A stretch of 64,000 nucleotides of DNA, from contig NC_091475.1 of NCBI RefSeq assembly GCF_036971445.1, positions 16,058,001 through 16,122,000 on the forward strand, read 5' to 3'. A program made the position numbers and the translations under genes. Under the pieces are notes generated by a model. That model was not told where the DNA came from. It made no database searches and saw only the letters and a list, made by a program, of their open reading frames with translations. Positions 21,966-35,400 of this stretch are shown piece by piece. Each line of letters starts with the position of its first letter. Position 1 is the first letter of the stretch. The stretch is from Narcine bancroftii. Its lineage: Eukaryota.

Positions 21966-24900
21966 CGTTCTGGGAAAGGTTCTGGCCCTTCGGAGTTTGT
22001 CTCCTTCCGCAAAGACCCTGAGGAATTTACAATGTGGTTAGAACAGAGAAAGCTGCACTTGTTAGAAACAAAATGCTGGAACTAACCGCCAGGTCAGTGA
22101 TGGATTCATTCCTCTGAAGTTGTCCTTTACTTGTCTGACCTGTGTTCGTTCCAGCATTTTGCTTGACCATGTAAACCAGTTATGTATCTGATTTAGTGAA
22201 AGGAGCGAAATGCATCTCTTTCTAGATGTTGCCATGTGTTGGACAATAACAAGTACGGACCCTGTGGTCTGCCCCACAGGTTAGCAAGGTTTTGGTAGTG
22301 GCTGACACCTAAATCTATCTGATTTAGGACAGTCAGAGACTTGTTGAAGGGCTCAATCATTGAGACAGTCACTGAATGAAATTCCCCTGCAAACTGTGTT
22401 CAAGTTGACATAGATGAGCTGAGTGAATGGACAACGTGGAAGATGCGAGGAACTGCTACCAGAAGAAGTTTTGTTTTTAAAGAGTGAAAATTGGAAAACT
22501 TTCAAAAGAGACTAGATGCCTTGCACACAGACACTCCATGTTAATATGGTCATACCACAGGAAATTTGGAAGACAAATTGGCCTTAATTGTAAGCGGATT
22601 TGAGTACAAGGGGATAGATGTCTTAATACAAATATATAGTCATGGTAAGATATCTCTTAGAATATATGGTCTGCTTCTGCCAATAAAGATGTTCTTGTCA
22701 TGAAGAGAGTGTGGTGTATGTTTAATTGACTTGATTCCTGGCATGATGGGTTTTCCTTGTGAGGAGAGATTAATCAATTGGTTTTCTGAAGTCTAGATGA
22801 GAAATGTCACTGAGGCCGACAAAATTCTTTGAGCACCCAACAGGGTAGAGGTTAAAAGGATCTTTCCATTTCCTTTGTTGTAGACCCTCATTTGGGATTC
22901 AAATGAGGAGAATGAACAGTTAAACAGGTGGTCACCATCTGAAATTAAATGCTGGTCTTTCCAGTGACACTCCAAAATTTACAAAAAAATGCAAAAATGT
23001 CGTATTTTATTTAAATCTGCAGATGCTGGAACCTTGAGCAGACAAAAGCATTGCGAGAGGAACTTAGCAGGTCAGAGAGCATTGGGCAGCAGTATTTTTT
23101 TCCCCCCCAAACCATCAGGCTCCTGAATTTCCATAACGTGGACTTTTACTATATATGTTTTAATATTTTATTGTGTTTAACTTCTAACTTGTATACTTAT
23201 TTATGTAAATATGCTCCTGGAGAAACCCTATCTTGACTTTACTTTGCGAGCATGGTATGAATGATAAATAAAGGTGACTTGACTTGACCTCCTTGATCTA
23301 ATTAATATTGGTATGGTTGAAATCTCCCAGGAATGATTTTTGTTAATTCATGTCCCTAATTTGTGTGTACAATAGATAAGTTCTTGATTAGTAAGGGAAC
23401 CAAGGGTTATGGGAAGAAGGGTGGAGATTGGAGTTAAGAGGATCGTAAATCAGCCTTAATGAAATGGCAGGCTGGACTGGATGGGCTAATTCTACTCCTA
23501 GGTCTCATGGTCTTGTCTGCAATTCACCTTCCTATCTCGATTAAGACTGTCGGTTACACCTGATTGATCTTTTATTATCTTTTGTATTGATTTCGAACTT
23601 TGCCCATTTATCTTCTACCATTTTGTTATTCTAGTAAGTACCACTACTCCACTTTTTTTTTTACCTTCTCCATACCTTTTAAATATATCTTCACTTACTA
23701 TGTTTAATTCCCAGTCCTGACTTTTTTTTTGTATAGTGATCCCTCAGTAAACCTTAAATTTGGTTCAAAGTTTGTTTCCATGAAAGATAGTTTATAGGAT
23801 TCATGTTTTACATTTTTTTTTACAGTTCACCATATTTTAAGACTTGTGTCTATAATACTATGCCTTCCTGTCAAAGACAACTTCTATATGTTTTTTTACG
23901 TTCTCAAAGGTTCCTTTTGTCATATAATAATGCACTTAAAAATGTAATACACATGAGAAACTCCAACAAAGAGCATTATCCTGCACTCCTAAAAATAGGA
24001 GAAAGAGAAAGAAAGGAGAGTACCCTCAGAAACACTGAGTGTCCGTGAATTCGTCTCCAGCGCTCAAGCAGTGTCTGGAGCTGCACAAATTCCTGTTCCA
24101 ACCATCAGCAACCCAAGCTCCAGATCTAAACTGCTGATGCACCCGAGGCCCTTCAGGAGCCCTTCTTGACTTCGGAATCATCTTGAATCCCAATTCCAAT
24201 ACCTGGTTCCCACGAGTCGGTTTCCAGCAGCCTTTGTGGGTCCTTCGACGGCAAGACACCAGCAGCATGACTGGTCACCAACAGCCCACAGCATGTGTGG
24301 CCTGCTGCAGTCACTGTCCTATGCTTCTCCTTCTAAAAAAAAAAGGGGTTATTCTCCCCATTTCTGGTCAGCTACTCCCCAAGAGTGCACGACTCATGGT
24401 ATGCTGCCCAGGACAGCTGGAGCCATCTTGGGCACTGACTCCAGGATTGCAGGATATTTAAAAAAAAAACACCATCAGCTGCTTTTTTTGAAGCCTGTTT
24501 TGGAGAAGGTGGCATTCGGACCCTTTTCCTGTTCTGTAAGTGTACTGCTTGTTAACATCTCTTCTGGATCTGGCCCTTTTAGTAGTTTAAAGCTTTTAGC
24601 TCCCTTTCGACTATAGTCTGGATCCTATTCTGGTTCAGATGGACCTCATCCCACTGGAGCAGTTCCTCCTTGTCCCAGAACTGTATCAATATCCCATGAA
24701 AAGGAACTTTTCTTTCTTACCCCAGCCTTTAGTGGTATTAATTCACTAAATCTGTGTGTTTTTACACCAATTTGCCTAAGTAATCATCCAGAAGTTATTA
24801 TTCACAAGGACACATTTTAGACAAGGACAGAAATTATTTATGGCCTAGAATATACCATCTGTAAGGATGTTGGAAGCAGAATTAGGGCCTTCAGAGAAAA

Positions 24901-25248
24901 TTCAAAACGCATTGAAGGAAAATTATTTTCAGGGCTAGAGGGGGAAAAAAACAGGGAATGTAATATTCATAGACTGGATGGACTGAAAGGACTCTGCAGT
25001 GCCATGCCAATTCCATTATTCCAGGATACAAAAACCAAAGATTCACAAACCTCTGAATCAATATATTCCAAAATGGTTAACACTCTTTTTGAGATGAAGC
25101 CTCTTTATTCCATACCTCCCTTTTTACCACTATCCTACCTAGCTTCTAAATGTTATCTTCTATACTCCAGAGAGTACAGGTGCTTTTAATTCAGCCTCTC
25201 TTCATGTATCTCTATCTAATGATGATTTTAGTTATAACTCTTTAATGC

Positions 25249-25505
25249 TGTGAAGCACGATCAATTACACAAAGACTGAAGTTGCCGAGACTGAAGGCTC
25301 TTATTTACAAGAGATGGACAGCATCCCTGTGTTGGTCGCTCACACTGACCTGGTCTCAAACTGGGGGCGGGCTTGTGGCATGACAACCTTTATGGGGAAG
25401 TAAGGGGGAGGAGTCACAAGCCGGCCAGTGAGAGCAGGGTCAACCAGGAAAGGTCATGATATTTACATATAGCATTCAAATATATACAATAGTGGTTTCA
25501 CCACA
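25249..25505 (-). mobile_element. Probable short solo LTR in the ATP5PO-MRPS6 intergenic region
   Basis: TGTG...CACA termini, internal GC-rich box and a poly(A)-signal-like sequence on the minus strand. No clear TSD. Confidence 0.4.
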
Positions 25506-25861
25506 AGCTGTCTTTGATATTTCACACATTTAAATTCTCATTGGATTTGAGCCACAGATACCAAGAATGCTGTAGTTAACTATGTCCTTTAAGCAAAAAA
25601 TATTTCATGGAACTTGATGTAAAGGAGAAAAGAGAAGTGAAAAAAGTTCACTGAGGGAGGCAATATGTTTTCTTCGGCATCAACATTGAATTGAAAGGGA
25701 TGGGGAAATCAACAGCAGGCAGAACTCAATGAACAAAGCAGGAGGGAATGCAAGGCTGGATATCCTGTGATGAATGACTTTCATTGTGTCACCCACTTAC
25801 AAGGTACAAGTTTGGAGCAGAATGAAACACTACTTGAATGGAAGCTTGACATCCTCTTGGA

Positions 25862-25973
25862 CAGTGGTTCTCAACTTATTTTTTCTCCACTCACATACCA
25901 CCTTCAGTAATCCCTTACTCACCACAGAGCAGAGTGGGGAGGGGGGGGGTGGGGTGAAGGTTGAGAACCACTG
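25862..25973. mobile_element. hAT/Charlie-type MITE
   Basis: Perfect 14-bp TIRs CAGTGGTTCTCAAC / GTTGAGAACCACTG. The 8-bp flanks CTCTTGGA / CTCTAGTA resemble a decayed TSD. Confidence 0.7.
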
Positions 25974-28400
25974 CTCTAGTACAGCAACCTTCTTCATTGG
26001 TACTCCATAAACCAACTTAAGCATTAATTCCCTTTAATACTGTGCCACAGTGGCTACAATGTTTACCGATGACAAGGAACACCTTCAGTTGCAAGACCCC
26101 CTCCAACTTGCATTCTGATTTGATAATACATTGCTGGTCCTTTGTGCTAGGTCCAAATCCCTATCCAGCAGCACAATGGATGTTCTTTTATTGGAAGTGT
26201 TGCAGCAGTTCATGAAGGTGGGCTACCATCTGAAATTAAATGCTGGTCTTTCCAGTGACACTCCAAAATATACAAAAATGTCGTATTTTATTTATATATA
26301 AATAAATACACATTTGTTTATGTATATACGTGCACCTATATAGATGTGTGTGTGTGTGTGTGTATATACCTGAGCCACCAGGGGACAGCATTAATCTGCA
26401 CCGCTTGAAATATATTCTGGGGCATCCTTGTAAGGAAAGTTGGAAGTACATTTCTACACTTTATGAAAATTAGGTTATGATTAATATTGCCTTTTTGCCT
26501 TTTGATATCCATAAAGACTATCTTGTATCTGTGATGTTCATTAATGATATTACTTCATAACTCTTGACTTCAAATGGTAACTCTTGTCTTCAACTCCCTT
26601 TGTGACCATGGTCATCCCAATAGCCCCAGCCCTAGAACGCTTTGGGACCTGTTCTCCATTCTGTAAGACTGCATAAATCCCTATTCTCTTAACTCCACTA
26701 TTAATGGCTGTTCAAGGTCATGCATTTTCTTCCTAATCCTCGCATCTCTGCCTCCCTTCTTCAATTTAAAATGGTCCTTAAAACCTCTATCTTTGTTCAT
26801 GTCTCCTTTTGTGGCACAGTGTCAGATTTGTTTTTTTTAAAGCATTTTAGTGTGTTAAATGTCTTATTTCAATGCAAGATGTTAGTGTTAGCTACTTTAC
26901 ATTTTTGAATTCTTTCATACTTTGGTAGATGTAATTTGATAGTTGAATTTACAGTAGATAATGATTAGCACCTGAGAATATCTGATCAAGAAAATAGGAG
27001 AAATTATAGCAATATCACTGGAAAGGGAACTTTCAAAGAGATCAGTAGGCAGTGTTATATTTTAAAAAAAAATTGGGACCTATCAGCCCAAGACAAGGTT
27101 TTGTGGCATTGCCTCATGGGCAAATTTGGAAATGGAAGGAAAAAAGGGGGAGCACAACCCAGACTCCTGTGGTTTGACTCTTCCATCGAAACATTGACTA
27201 TCTTGACTGCCAGCATCTGTGACCTGGAGGATTGGGACTTCTCAGCCATCAACTTGGATGCTGACCATTTACCAAATCCACAAAGGAGATTGTCATTGAT
27301 TGTGAGTGATGAACTTCATCTACATAATAAAAAAGGTGACCCAAATCCATTTGATAATTTAGAAATGATTTGAATGTGGTTGAATCTTAGCCTTCCTTCC
27401 CTTTTAAGATATTTTTTTCAACTCTAGGCAATGTACCCCTCTGCACTTTGTACAATTCTTTTAAATCACTGGCTTCTTCCTCTGGGTTAAAAATGAAAGC
27501 AGTATATAGTCAAAATGAATAGCTTCAGGTGGAAGCTTATCATGCAAATCAATGTTTTTCCACTTTTTCTCACCCGCTCCGTGTTTATCTTTTCCATAAC
27601 ACTCAATACTATTCCTTTGAGTCCATTCTTATTCAATTATTGAGTTGATTCTTGCTCAACCATTGATCATCTAACCATCTTCTCAGGTCTCCATGCTGGC
27701 CGATCAAATAAATGGTTCCATACTCTTGCAACATGTCACCTTGCAAAACCATTTGCTTTTTCAATTTCCCATACATTTGTCAATGTCCACTTCCTTTCAA
27801 GCAACAGAAGCATCGAGCCAGGAACCTTGCAGGGTCCTTGCTTTGTTCCACTCTAAGTGTACAGTTGCCTCAGTCTTTTGCACCCCACACCTCTGGACCT
27901 TCACATACACTCCTAAACCAAGGTTATTGTCCTTCCACCTGATCTCATATTTCCAATTATATTTACAAGAGGACTCTTGATATTTTTTTTCATATAGGAC
28001 GCGCTATATTCAATATGAAGTGTTTTATCTGAACGTTAGACAAAAGTGGAAAATTGTTGGTTAAGATGCATCTCTGTTGCTTTCTGATCATAGCAAGCTG
28101 TGTTAATATATGCAAGATGTCAAAGATTGAAAAATTCCTGCTGCATGAATGCTAATTGCCTGTGACCACGAGATTGCTCCAAAATAAAAGATTATTTTAT
28201 CTTAGTTATAGAAAGTACATGTTTTAAAAATGTTGTGTTGTGACCTTTTGTCTGGCTCTGTCTTGGTGTGGGAAGATGCACATATTTTGTCTTTGTAAAT
28301 TAATTAATTTACATCTTACAATTGAACAATTTCAAATATCCCACAATATTGTCCTTAAGTTTGCATCCACTTTATTTTCCATGCCCTTAATATTGATTAT

Positions 28401-28917
28401 CCCTTACATCCCTAACGTCGAAGTACTCGAGATGGCAGAGGTCGACAGCATCGAGTCCACGCTGCTGAAGATCCAGCTGCGCTGGATGGGTCACGTCTCC
28501 AGAATGGAGGACCATCGCCTTCCCAAGATCGTGTTATATGGCGAGCTCTCCACTGGCCACCGTGACAGAGGTGCACCAAAGAAAAGGTACAAGGACTGCC
28601 TAAAGAAATCTCTTGGTGCCTGCCACATTGACCACCGCCAGTGGGCTGATATCGCCTCAAACCGTGCATCTTGGCGCCTCACAGTTTGGCGGGCAGCAAC
28701 CTCCTTTGAAGAAGACCGCAGAGCCTACCTCACTGACAAAAGGCAAAGGAGGAAAAACCCAACACCCAACCCCAACCAACCAATTTTCCCCTGCAACCGC
28801 TGCAATCGTGTCTGCCTGTCCCGCATCGGACTTGTCAGCCACAAACGAGCCTGCAGCTGACGTGGACTTTTTACCCCCTCCATAAATCTTCGTCCGCGAA
28901 GCCAAGCCAAGCCAAAG
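28401..28917 (+). mobile_element. Young 5'-truncated RTE-clade LINE
   Basis: Uninterrupted C-terminal ORF (QLRWMGHVSRMEDHRLPKIVLYGEL...FPCNRCNRVCLSRIGLVSH), an (AGCCA)n tail and a perfect 12-bp TSD AATATTGATTAT (28389-28400 and 28918-28929). Confidence 0.9.
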
Positions 28918-30314
28918 AATATTGATTATGGATTGGGGAAAAAAAATCTCCCCAGACATTTCTCTTAAATGACAGATATTTCTAACTTTTGCATCTCATA
29001 GATGCCTTCATGATTTACAATTAATCTAAATTAACAATTAATCTTATTCAACTATCTGCATTGGAAAGTCTGAAAATATCTTTGTATGATGTTAATATAT
29101 AAATGTTAAATATGTTTGCCTAAAATTTCTCGTATGTATTACTCTTTAATTTTAATTAATGCTTTCACTAAAATAACAATTAATTTAATGTTCTAAGGAT
29201 TTAATACTTGTATCTTGCAGTATAATTTGTGTCTTAGATAAATGATTCAGTTTGCTTTGCACATAAACTATTGACATTCAGCTTTGAACTTGGATCAACG
29301 TTTGCTATTTGAAATGTGAGCTGTATAATCATAAATAATTAGCTTTTGGATAAGATCTTAAAGATCAATGCAGTGTTCACTCAAAATTTCATAAAATTGT
29401 TGATCGATCGTTGAGCCTTGCTGTGTAGCTCTTCCTTACGTACATAGTTCCTAGCTTAAAATACATTTGGGTGTGACTCCAAATAATTTACTTCAATGTA
29501 TCCACAACTAGCAAAAGTCATTTGGCAGAACTCAGCTTTTCATCCACTTTAATGTCATGTGGTGTCATTCTTGCATGAAATACCAGCAGAATTTAAAATG
29601 GCATGTCACAAGATCCTTCAAATTCTCACCAATTTTTTTTACCAAGAGATTTCGAGTTAGTGATGCCGTTAGACCTTGGCCTGTAAGGATGCAGTTTTGT
29701 ACCGAGGTCCCGAAGATCATACTGTAAATGATCAAAAGCTGGACACAGGAATCTATGTTTTCAGATTTTCCTGCTGGCAGCGGTGTGCGTAATGGGAACC
29801 TCACAACTTGGCAAGTCAGGATTTTTTACACCACCACTTGCTGCTACTGTCTGCTTGAGCTGACTGGAACATTCCCACTCAAGACTTTTGTCAGTTGTCA
29901 ATAGTCGGCCAATCTGTCGTATTCTCAACAATTGTACATTTTGATTTTTGAAATTTTTTTTAACAGTGATCTTCCCTCATTTTTGAATCCATAATACCCC
30001 AGGTATCTTGCTAACAGATCAGCACTTTATTAATAATATTTTCTTGTGATTTCCATTCTTGTATCAAGCTGTTTACGTTGCTGAGAAGATGCACAAATTT
30101 TGAAGGAGTTAATTTAGGAAAATGCCACAATATTAATTCTGACCAGCAGTTTCATAAAATGCTGGTCAGTCACTTGCCTATATTTTGTCATACCTTGAAG
30201 GGCTCAAGCCTGAAACGTTGGTTATGTATCCTTATCTTTGTAGTCTATAAAGTGCACTGTTTGACCTGCTGAGTTTCTGCAGCATTGTCTTAAACTTCAA
30301 CTATGGTGTCTGCT

Positions 30315-31535
30315 TTTTGTGATTTTATTTAATACCTGGTTTAGATCTTCCCAAAACTTTTCCACTTTCTCACATGCCCAAATTGCATGTGTTCCCGTTT
30401 CCTTCTTACAGCGAAAACATTGATCTGATATTGTTGGGTCCCATTTATTTAACTTTTGGGGCCTGTGTAACCAATTATATTGTATCATGTGTAACCTCAT
30501 GTTTTTTGTATTTCTCAGCGTTCTGGAGCACAGCTTTTCCCATGTTTCATTCGTTATCTTTATGTTTAGATCTTGTTCCCATTTTTGTTTGGGTTTACAA
30601 CTTGTTTCCTCGTTCTCTTTCTCTTGCAGTTGGATGTACATGTTGGCGATAAATCTTTTAATTATCATTGTGTCTGTAATCACATATTCAAAATTGCTTC
30701 CTTCTGGTAACCTCAGCCTGCTTCCCAATTTGTCCTTCGAGTAGGTTTTCAGTTGGTGGTATGCAAACATTGTACCGTGAGTTATACCATATTTGACCTT
30801 CATTTGTTCAAAAGATAATTTATTTCCCGAAAAGCAGTTTTCTATTCTTTTGATGCCTTTTCTCTTCCATTCTCTAAAGGAAAGGTTATCTATTGTGAAA
30901 GGGAGTAGTTGATTTTGCGTCAATATTAATTTTGGTAGTTGATCATTTGTTCTATTCCTTTCTATGTGAATCTTCCAAATATTGAGCAGATGTTGCAGTA
31001 CTGGTGTTCTTTCTTCTAAGTAATATAAGAAGTAAAGAACTTGGACTCGATTTAGATGGAGCACAAAAAACATTTATTATGATAGCCTTAGCTGTAGCAA
31101 AACAATGTATTATGTCAACCTGAAAATCAGAAGAGAGCCTGAGAATACAGCAATGGTTCATAGAAATGAATAAATGTATTCCATTGGAAAAAAATAACAT
31201 AAAATTTAAGAAATAACATCACAGTATTCGAACAAATTTGGGAACCGTACATGGAACACAACACACCACGGACCTCCACCGCCTAAAATGATAGAATGAG
31301 AAGAAGACGGAATGAACTGACCCAGTGTGTAAAAGTAGAAGACACAAATTTCTTGTTTATTTTCATTGTGTGACGACATTGTTTAATGTATGGTATAGGT
31401 TGAACATTGAGTGGGTGTGGAGGGGGGGGGGGGGTGAAGGAGGGAGGGGGAAAAAGGGGAGAAAATGACACTGTGTCTATCTAGAGGGAAACGTTTGTGT
31501 GTATTTTGGTCAGTATGGTTCATAGTGTGAAAAAT
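30315..31535. mobile_element. L1-clade LINE with 5' inversion
   Basis: About 30315-31008 encodes ORF2 C-terminal and zinc-finger sequence on the minus strand (KQKWEQDL, IQYNWLHR, CFRCKKETGTHAIWAC). About 31010-31535 continues ORF2 on the plus strand (LLSNIRSK...ALAVAKQCIMST) with a G-rich 3' UTR and A-tail. Flanking repeat TGGTGTCTGCT at 30304-30314 and 31540-31550. Confidence 0.85.
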
Positions 31536-31759
31536 ACCCTGGTGTCTGCTGAATTTCATGTTTGGAAGCTAGAGAGTGATAGGATGGTCCCTGTATTGTG
31601 CAGGTTGCTCCATGAAAGATCTCCCCCAGCTGCTACTGTCTATAATGCGAAGTGATACATGCCATGAATATAAGATACCTCCTGCAACAATGAAGTACAA
31701 GCTTCCCCACGATCGCAGGGACCAGCTCATCCAGAAAGATTGATTGAGCTGGGAGGAGG

Positions 31760-32400
31760 AGCTGGATGATGCCCCGGGGCGACGTCAGTGGGGAAAACTG
31801 ATCTTCGGGAGGGTTTTTTAACAGCCGACGGCATGTGCGGAGGCCGGGGACGACTGCGCCTTTAACCGAGCCGCGCCTTTAAGCGGGGCGCGGCTGCGCA
31901 TTGGGGCCGCGGGGGCCGAAGCGAGCGAGCGAGCGCAGCTATAAAGGAGCCGCGTGGCCGAGCCGCGGGGGTCCCACCAACCATGCCCAGATATGAGCTC
32001 GCGGTGATTCTGAAAGCCATGCAGCGGGTGAGTGTTCTCACACACACACACGCGCGCAAACCAGAAAAAGAACCCCGGAGTCAATAGGCCGGTAGGGCCC
32101 CCTCCCCGGGCTGCGGGTCGGGGCCGCCTGGCGTGTTGCGGCTCCGGGAACACTGGGCGGGAGGGGGGCGAGGTGAAGAGACCGCTTGGACTCTGGCCCG
32201 CAGACTCCCCGCTCCATCCCTCCCCGGTGGTGCTTGGAGGTGGAGCAACTTCTCATCTCCGTCTTTATTCCACAAAGAAGGTTCCGGGACTGTGCCGAGT
32301 TTCTCCAGCCCTTTTCCAATCTCATCTCCAAAGTTGCCCCGGTGCGAATTCCTACTTTCCCCTCTGAAGTTCCTGCTTGAAATGACCTGAGGGATATGCG
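31760..32400 (+). promoter_or_regulatory. CpG-island promoter shared by MRPS6 and SLC5A3
   Basis: Strong GC/CpG enrichment, CRE-like CGACGTCA (31780-31787), GC-box-like GGGGCGCGG, GCTGCGCATTGG (NRF1 half-site/CCAAT) and TATAAA (31940-31945) ahead of the ATG. Confidence 0.8.
31983..32027 (+). CDS. MRPS6: Mitochondrial ribosomal protein S6 (bS6m), coding exon 1 (MPRYELAVILKAMQR)
   Basis: ccaaccATGCCCAGATATGAGCTC...CAGCGG|gtgagt, near-identical to the vertebrate MRPS6 N-terminus MPRYELALILKAMQR, with a consensus donor. Downstream exons were not found and are probably to the right of the window. Confidence 0.95.
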
Positions 32401-35400
32401 CCCTTTTTCTTTTAAAGCCGGGTGTGCAATTCATGAATTTGAACTGCGGGTGCATATTGTATTTCAAAATCTTGCGAGGAGACAGGGTGTCAAAAGCATT
32501 TGATACTTTGTATCCAACGTTTTGTTCCTGGCATCATCTATGGTGGAGGGTTCCAAGTCTGCAAACCCTTGTCTCTGTCCCGAAACGACGGGTCGTGCAT
32601 GAGGACGCTGTTTTGAGATGACCACCTCTCTCCCTCTCCTCGAATTTAATCGCCAGCAAGAGAAAGCACCAGCGGGCATCACCTGGGTCTGAAGGAATCC
32701 TCCCTCTTTTGGGGCCAAGATAAATCCAGATGTTGATGCTAGGACTGTGTGTGTGGTTCAAGAAGACAGTATATAATTGGCCTGGACAGAAGGCAAGTTA
32801 TCTAGGTGGGAACCCTGTTTTAGGACAAATCCTCAGATGTCTCTGATCACAGTAGATGCAAATTGATCAATAAATGGGATTGACCAGGCCGGGGGAGAAA
32901 CAAAATTCAATGACAGTGAAAGTTTCAACTCAAATCATTTGTTGTATGTTGTGGTGACTGATATCTTTCATCTTAAAATCAGGTAAACTGAAGCCCAGAT
33001 TTCTAAATTTGAAATGCTAAATTTGTCTTTGTAACCTGAATTGTTGATTTTAAATGTTGGACAGTTTAAATAATAAAAGATGATTCCAAAGCTTGTGCAG
33101 CGATAGTATTTTTACTGTAATTACGTCTGTTATCTGGCGAGTCAGTTGGGACAGAGACATTTCTGCTTTTGAAAGATTCCTTTTATATTTATGTTTTGAC
33201 CAAATGCTAAAAATCTAATGTATCTGTCAGAATCTCCAGTCTTTGTTGCTTACAATCTTGGGGGCAGGTAAGTACTGGATTAAATCATTTGCAATTTTCT
33301 TCATACCATTTGGATCTTTCTGGGTGGAAATTATTTCAGGTGAATTTAAGATGCATATGGAATGTTATTTTGCCTGGAAAAGGAGGTAATGTATTTTTTA
33401 ATTCAGTTTAAAAAAAAAAGCTTATTCTGTTCTATGGCTGTTTCCTCCACAGCTAAGGGATTTCAGTTGTTTAAATAAAAATATTCAGTACTTTAAAAGC
33501 TGCAATTTACTTGCACATTCTTCATTGATTCCATTACGTCATTAAAATCTTTGTCATCCTTAAACTGCATTTTCTCCCGGGGCCGGGGGAGTCTATATTA
33601 TTTGGAGAGATCCAGGTTGGTACACCCCTTTTGTAAAATTACTGAGGAAGATGCATGATGAGGGACTTCCTCATTTTTGCAGTCCACCTAATTTGAATAC
33701 TTTTTTGTTAATGATTTCCTCCACCATAGGAATTACCGTAGTTACTTTCTATTGATTCCATCAAGTTAATTTTAACACTTGACTTCTATAACCCAAAATT
33801 GTGGGATGGATGAGGGTTCTGACTAATTGTGACCATAACTACTTCTTTGTAGGGCACTTTAAGGAGAAAAACATTTAAATATCCTTTACTAAGCTGCGTA
33901 CTAACTTTTTACGATTTTAGACTTGGAAGTACTTTTATTAATTATTCTTCCAGCTTCCATTTTAAAAATTAAACACAATTTATCTTTTTGCATACAAAAG
34001 GGATACATGTTCAATGTGTTTAAACCCCTTACTCCAAAGTTTCATTCATTTACTCCATGTTATTAATGTTCATTTGTAACTTTCTGGTCACATTTCCACT
34101 AATGTTCTTCCTAATCTGGAAAGATCTGCAAACATGATCTGCTTCTATTCCTTCATCCAAATCATTATCAAATATGAAAAAAAAGACGAGGGACGGAGAC
34201 TGCAGATGCAGGACTCTGGAGCAAAATAAATGGCTGGACGAACTCAGTGGATCAGGTAGCATCTGTGGAGGCAAAAGGATTTGTTGACACTTCAGTCAAG
34301 ACACTGAATCAGGACTGATGAAAAGTGGAGCTGTTTTAATGAGGCCACGCATCATTTTCTTCCAGGGAGTGTTAACTTCTTTTTGTGTCTTCCATTTTAA
34401 ATGAAAGAAATTAGAAAGGTGTGATTTATTATGGAAAAGTATTAACCATGCATATTGAGCCTGAGAACAAAGGCTGAAATCAACATTGGTGTGTGAAAGA
34501 GGTATGGTAGATTGTCTGTACAGCAATGCAATAAACAAGTCAGATCATTTTTTTTCTCTTTATGGGTCTTGTGATACAGTTCTAATTTAGTAACAGAATA
34601 AAATAAGTAGCAATAGTTCTAGTGATGAAATAGTAAAGAGAAATTTTACTTTGATCTTTCCAGGTTTAAAGAATTTTGTTTAAATTCTTCCTTTGGCCTA
34701 GTCTAAAATAGTAATAAACACACAAGTTCCTGATGTCATGTAGATTTTTTGGGCAAGAATTGGTTTCACATTTAAGATTTGAAGATAATAGCATTATTTC
34801 CAGTTGTCTTGTGAACTGAAATGTGCCAAACCGGATCAGAATTGGAAATAATGTAACAGGGTTGTTATTACTTTGGTTTTGTTTCCATTATTGCTTTAAA
34901 GCTTGTAAATCCTTGCACAGAAGGGTCCCTTCAAAAACAGTCTTTATCCAAATGTGGGGTAAAGATATGTCATGGCTGACGGTGAGGAAAATGAAGCCTG
35001 CCTCTTGTGATCTGGCTTTTTCCCCAGCAGTTTTTCCTGAGCTTGCCTTTTATCTCTCTATCCTAGCCCCAACATGTCCAAAAATGAACCAGGCCATGGA
35101 ATTAAATCAGTGGTAGGGTGATAGATACATCTTGGCAAAAGGTTTGTTGATTAAAATTCAATCAAAGTGAAATGTTTTAAACTATGTATTCCATTGGTGA
35201 TGTGCCAAGCAAGATTTTAATTTCCTGTCAGTGTTGACTTGGAATTTGCGAAATGGCTGCTGTTAGCTACACCTTTTCTGGTTACCATGAAAAAAGAACA
35301 GTATTGGTTTCTGCAAAATATACAAAGTAAATTGTTGCGAAGTCGCTGCATGGTTTGAAGCTTGAAATTAATGCTTTATCAATTTGATTTACAAAAAGCT

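Noticed and set aside
28240-28860. 206-aa ORF as a host gene
   Set aside because: The C-terminal part is an RTE LINE ORF. The N-terminal part is fortuitously open flanking DNA upstream of the TSD.
31818-32467. Overlapping ORFs in the CpG island
   Set aside because: Stop-poor GC-rich sequence. The supported coding piece is the 45-nt MRPS6 exon.
22492-34442. TonE/NFAT5 consensus matches (e.g. TGGAAAACTTT about 22492, TGGAAAATTGT 28047, TGGAAAAGTAT about 34432)
   Set aside because: The consensus is short and several chance hits are expected in 64 kb of AT-rich DNA. Not callable without conservation or binding data.
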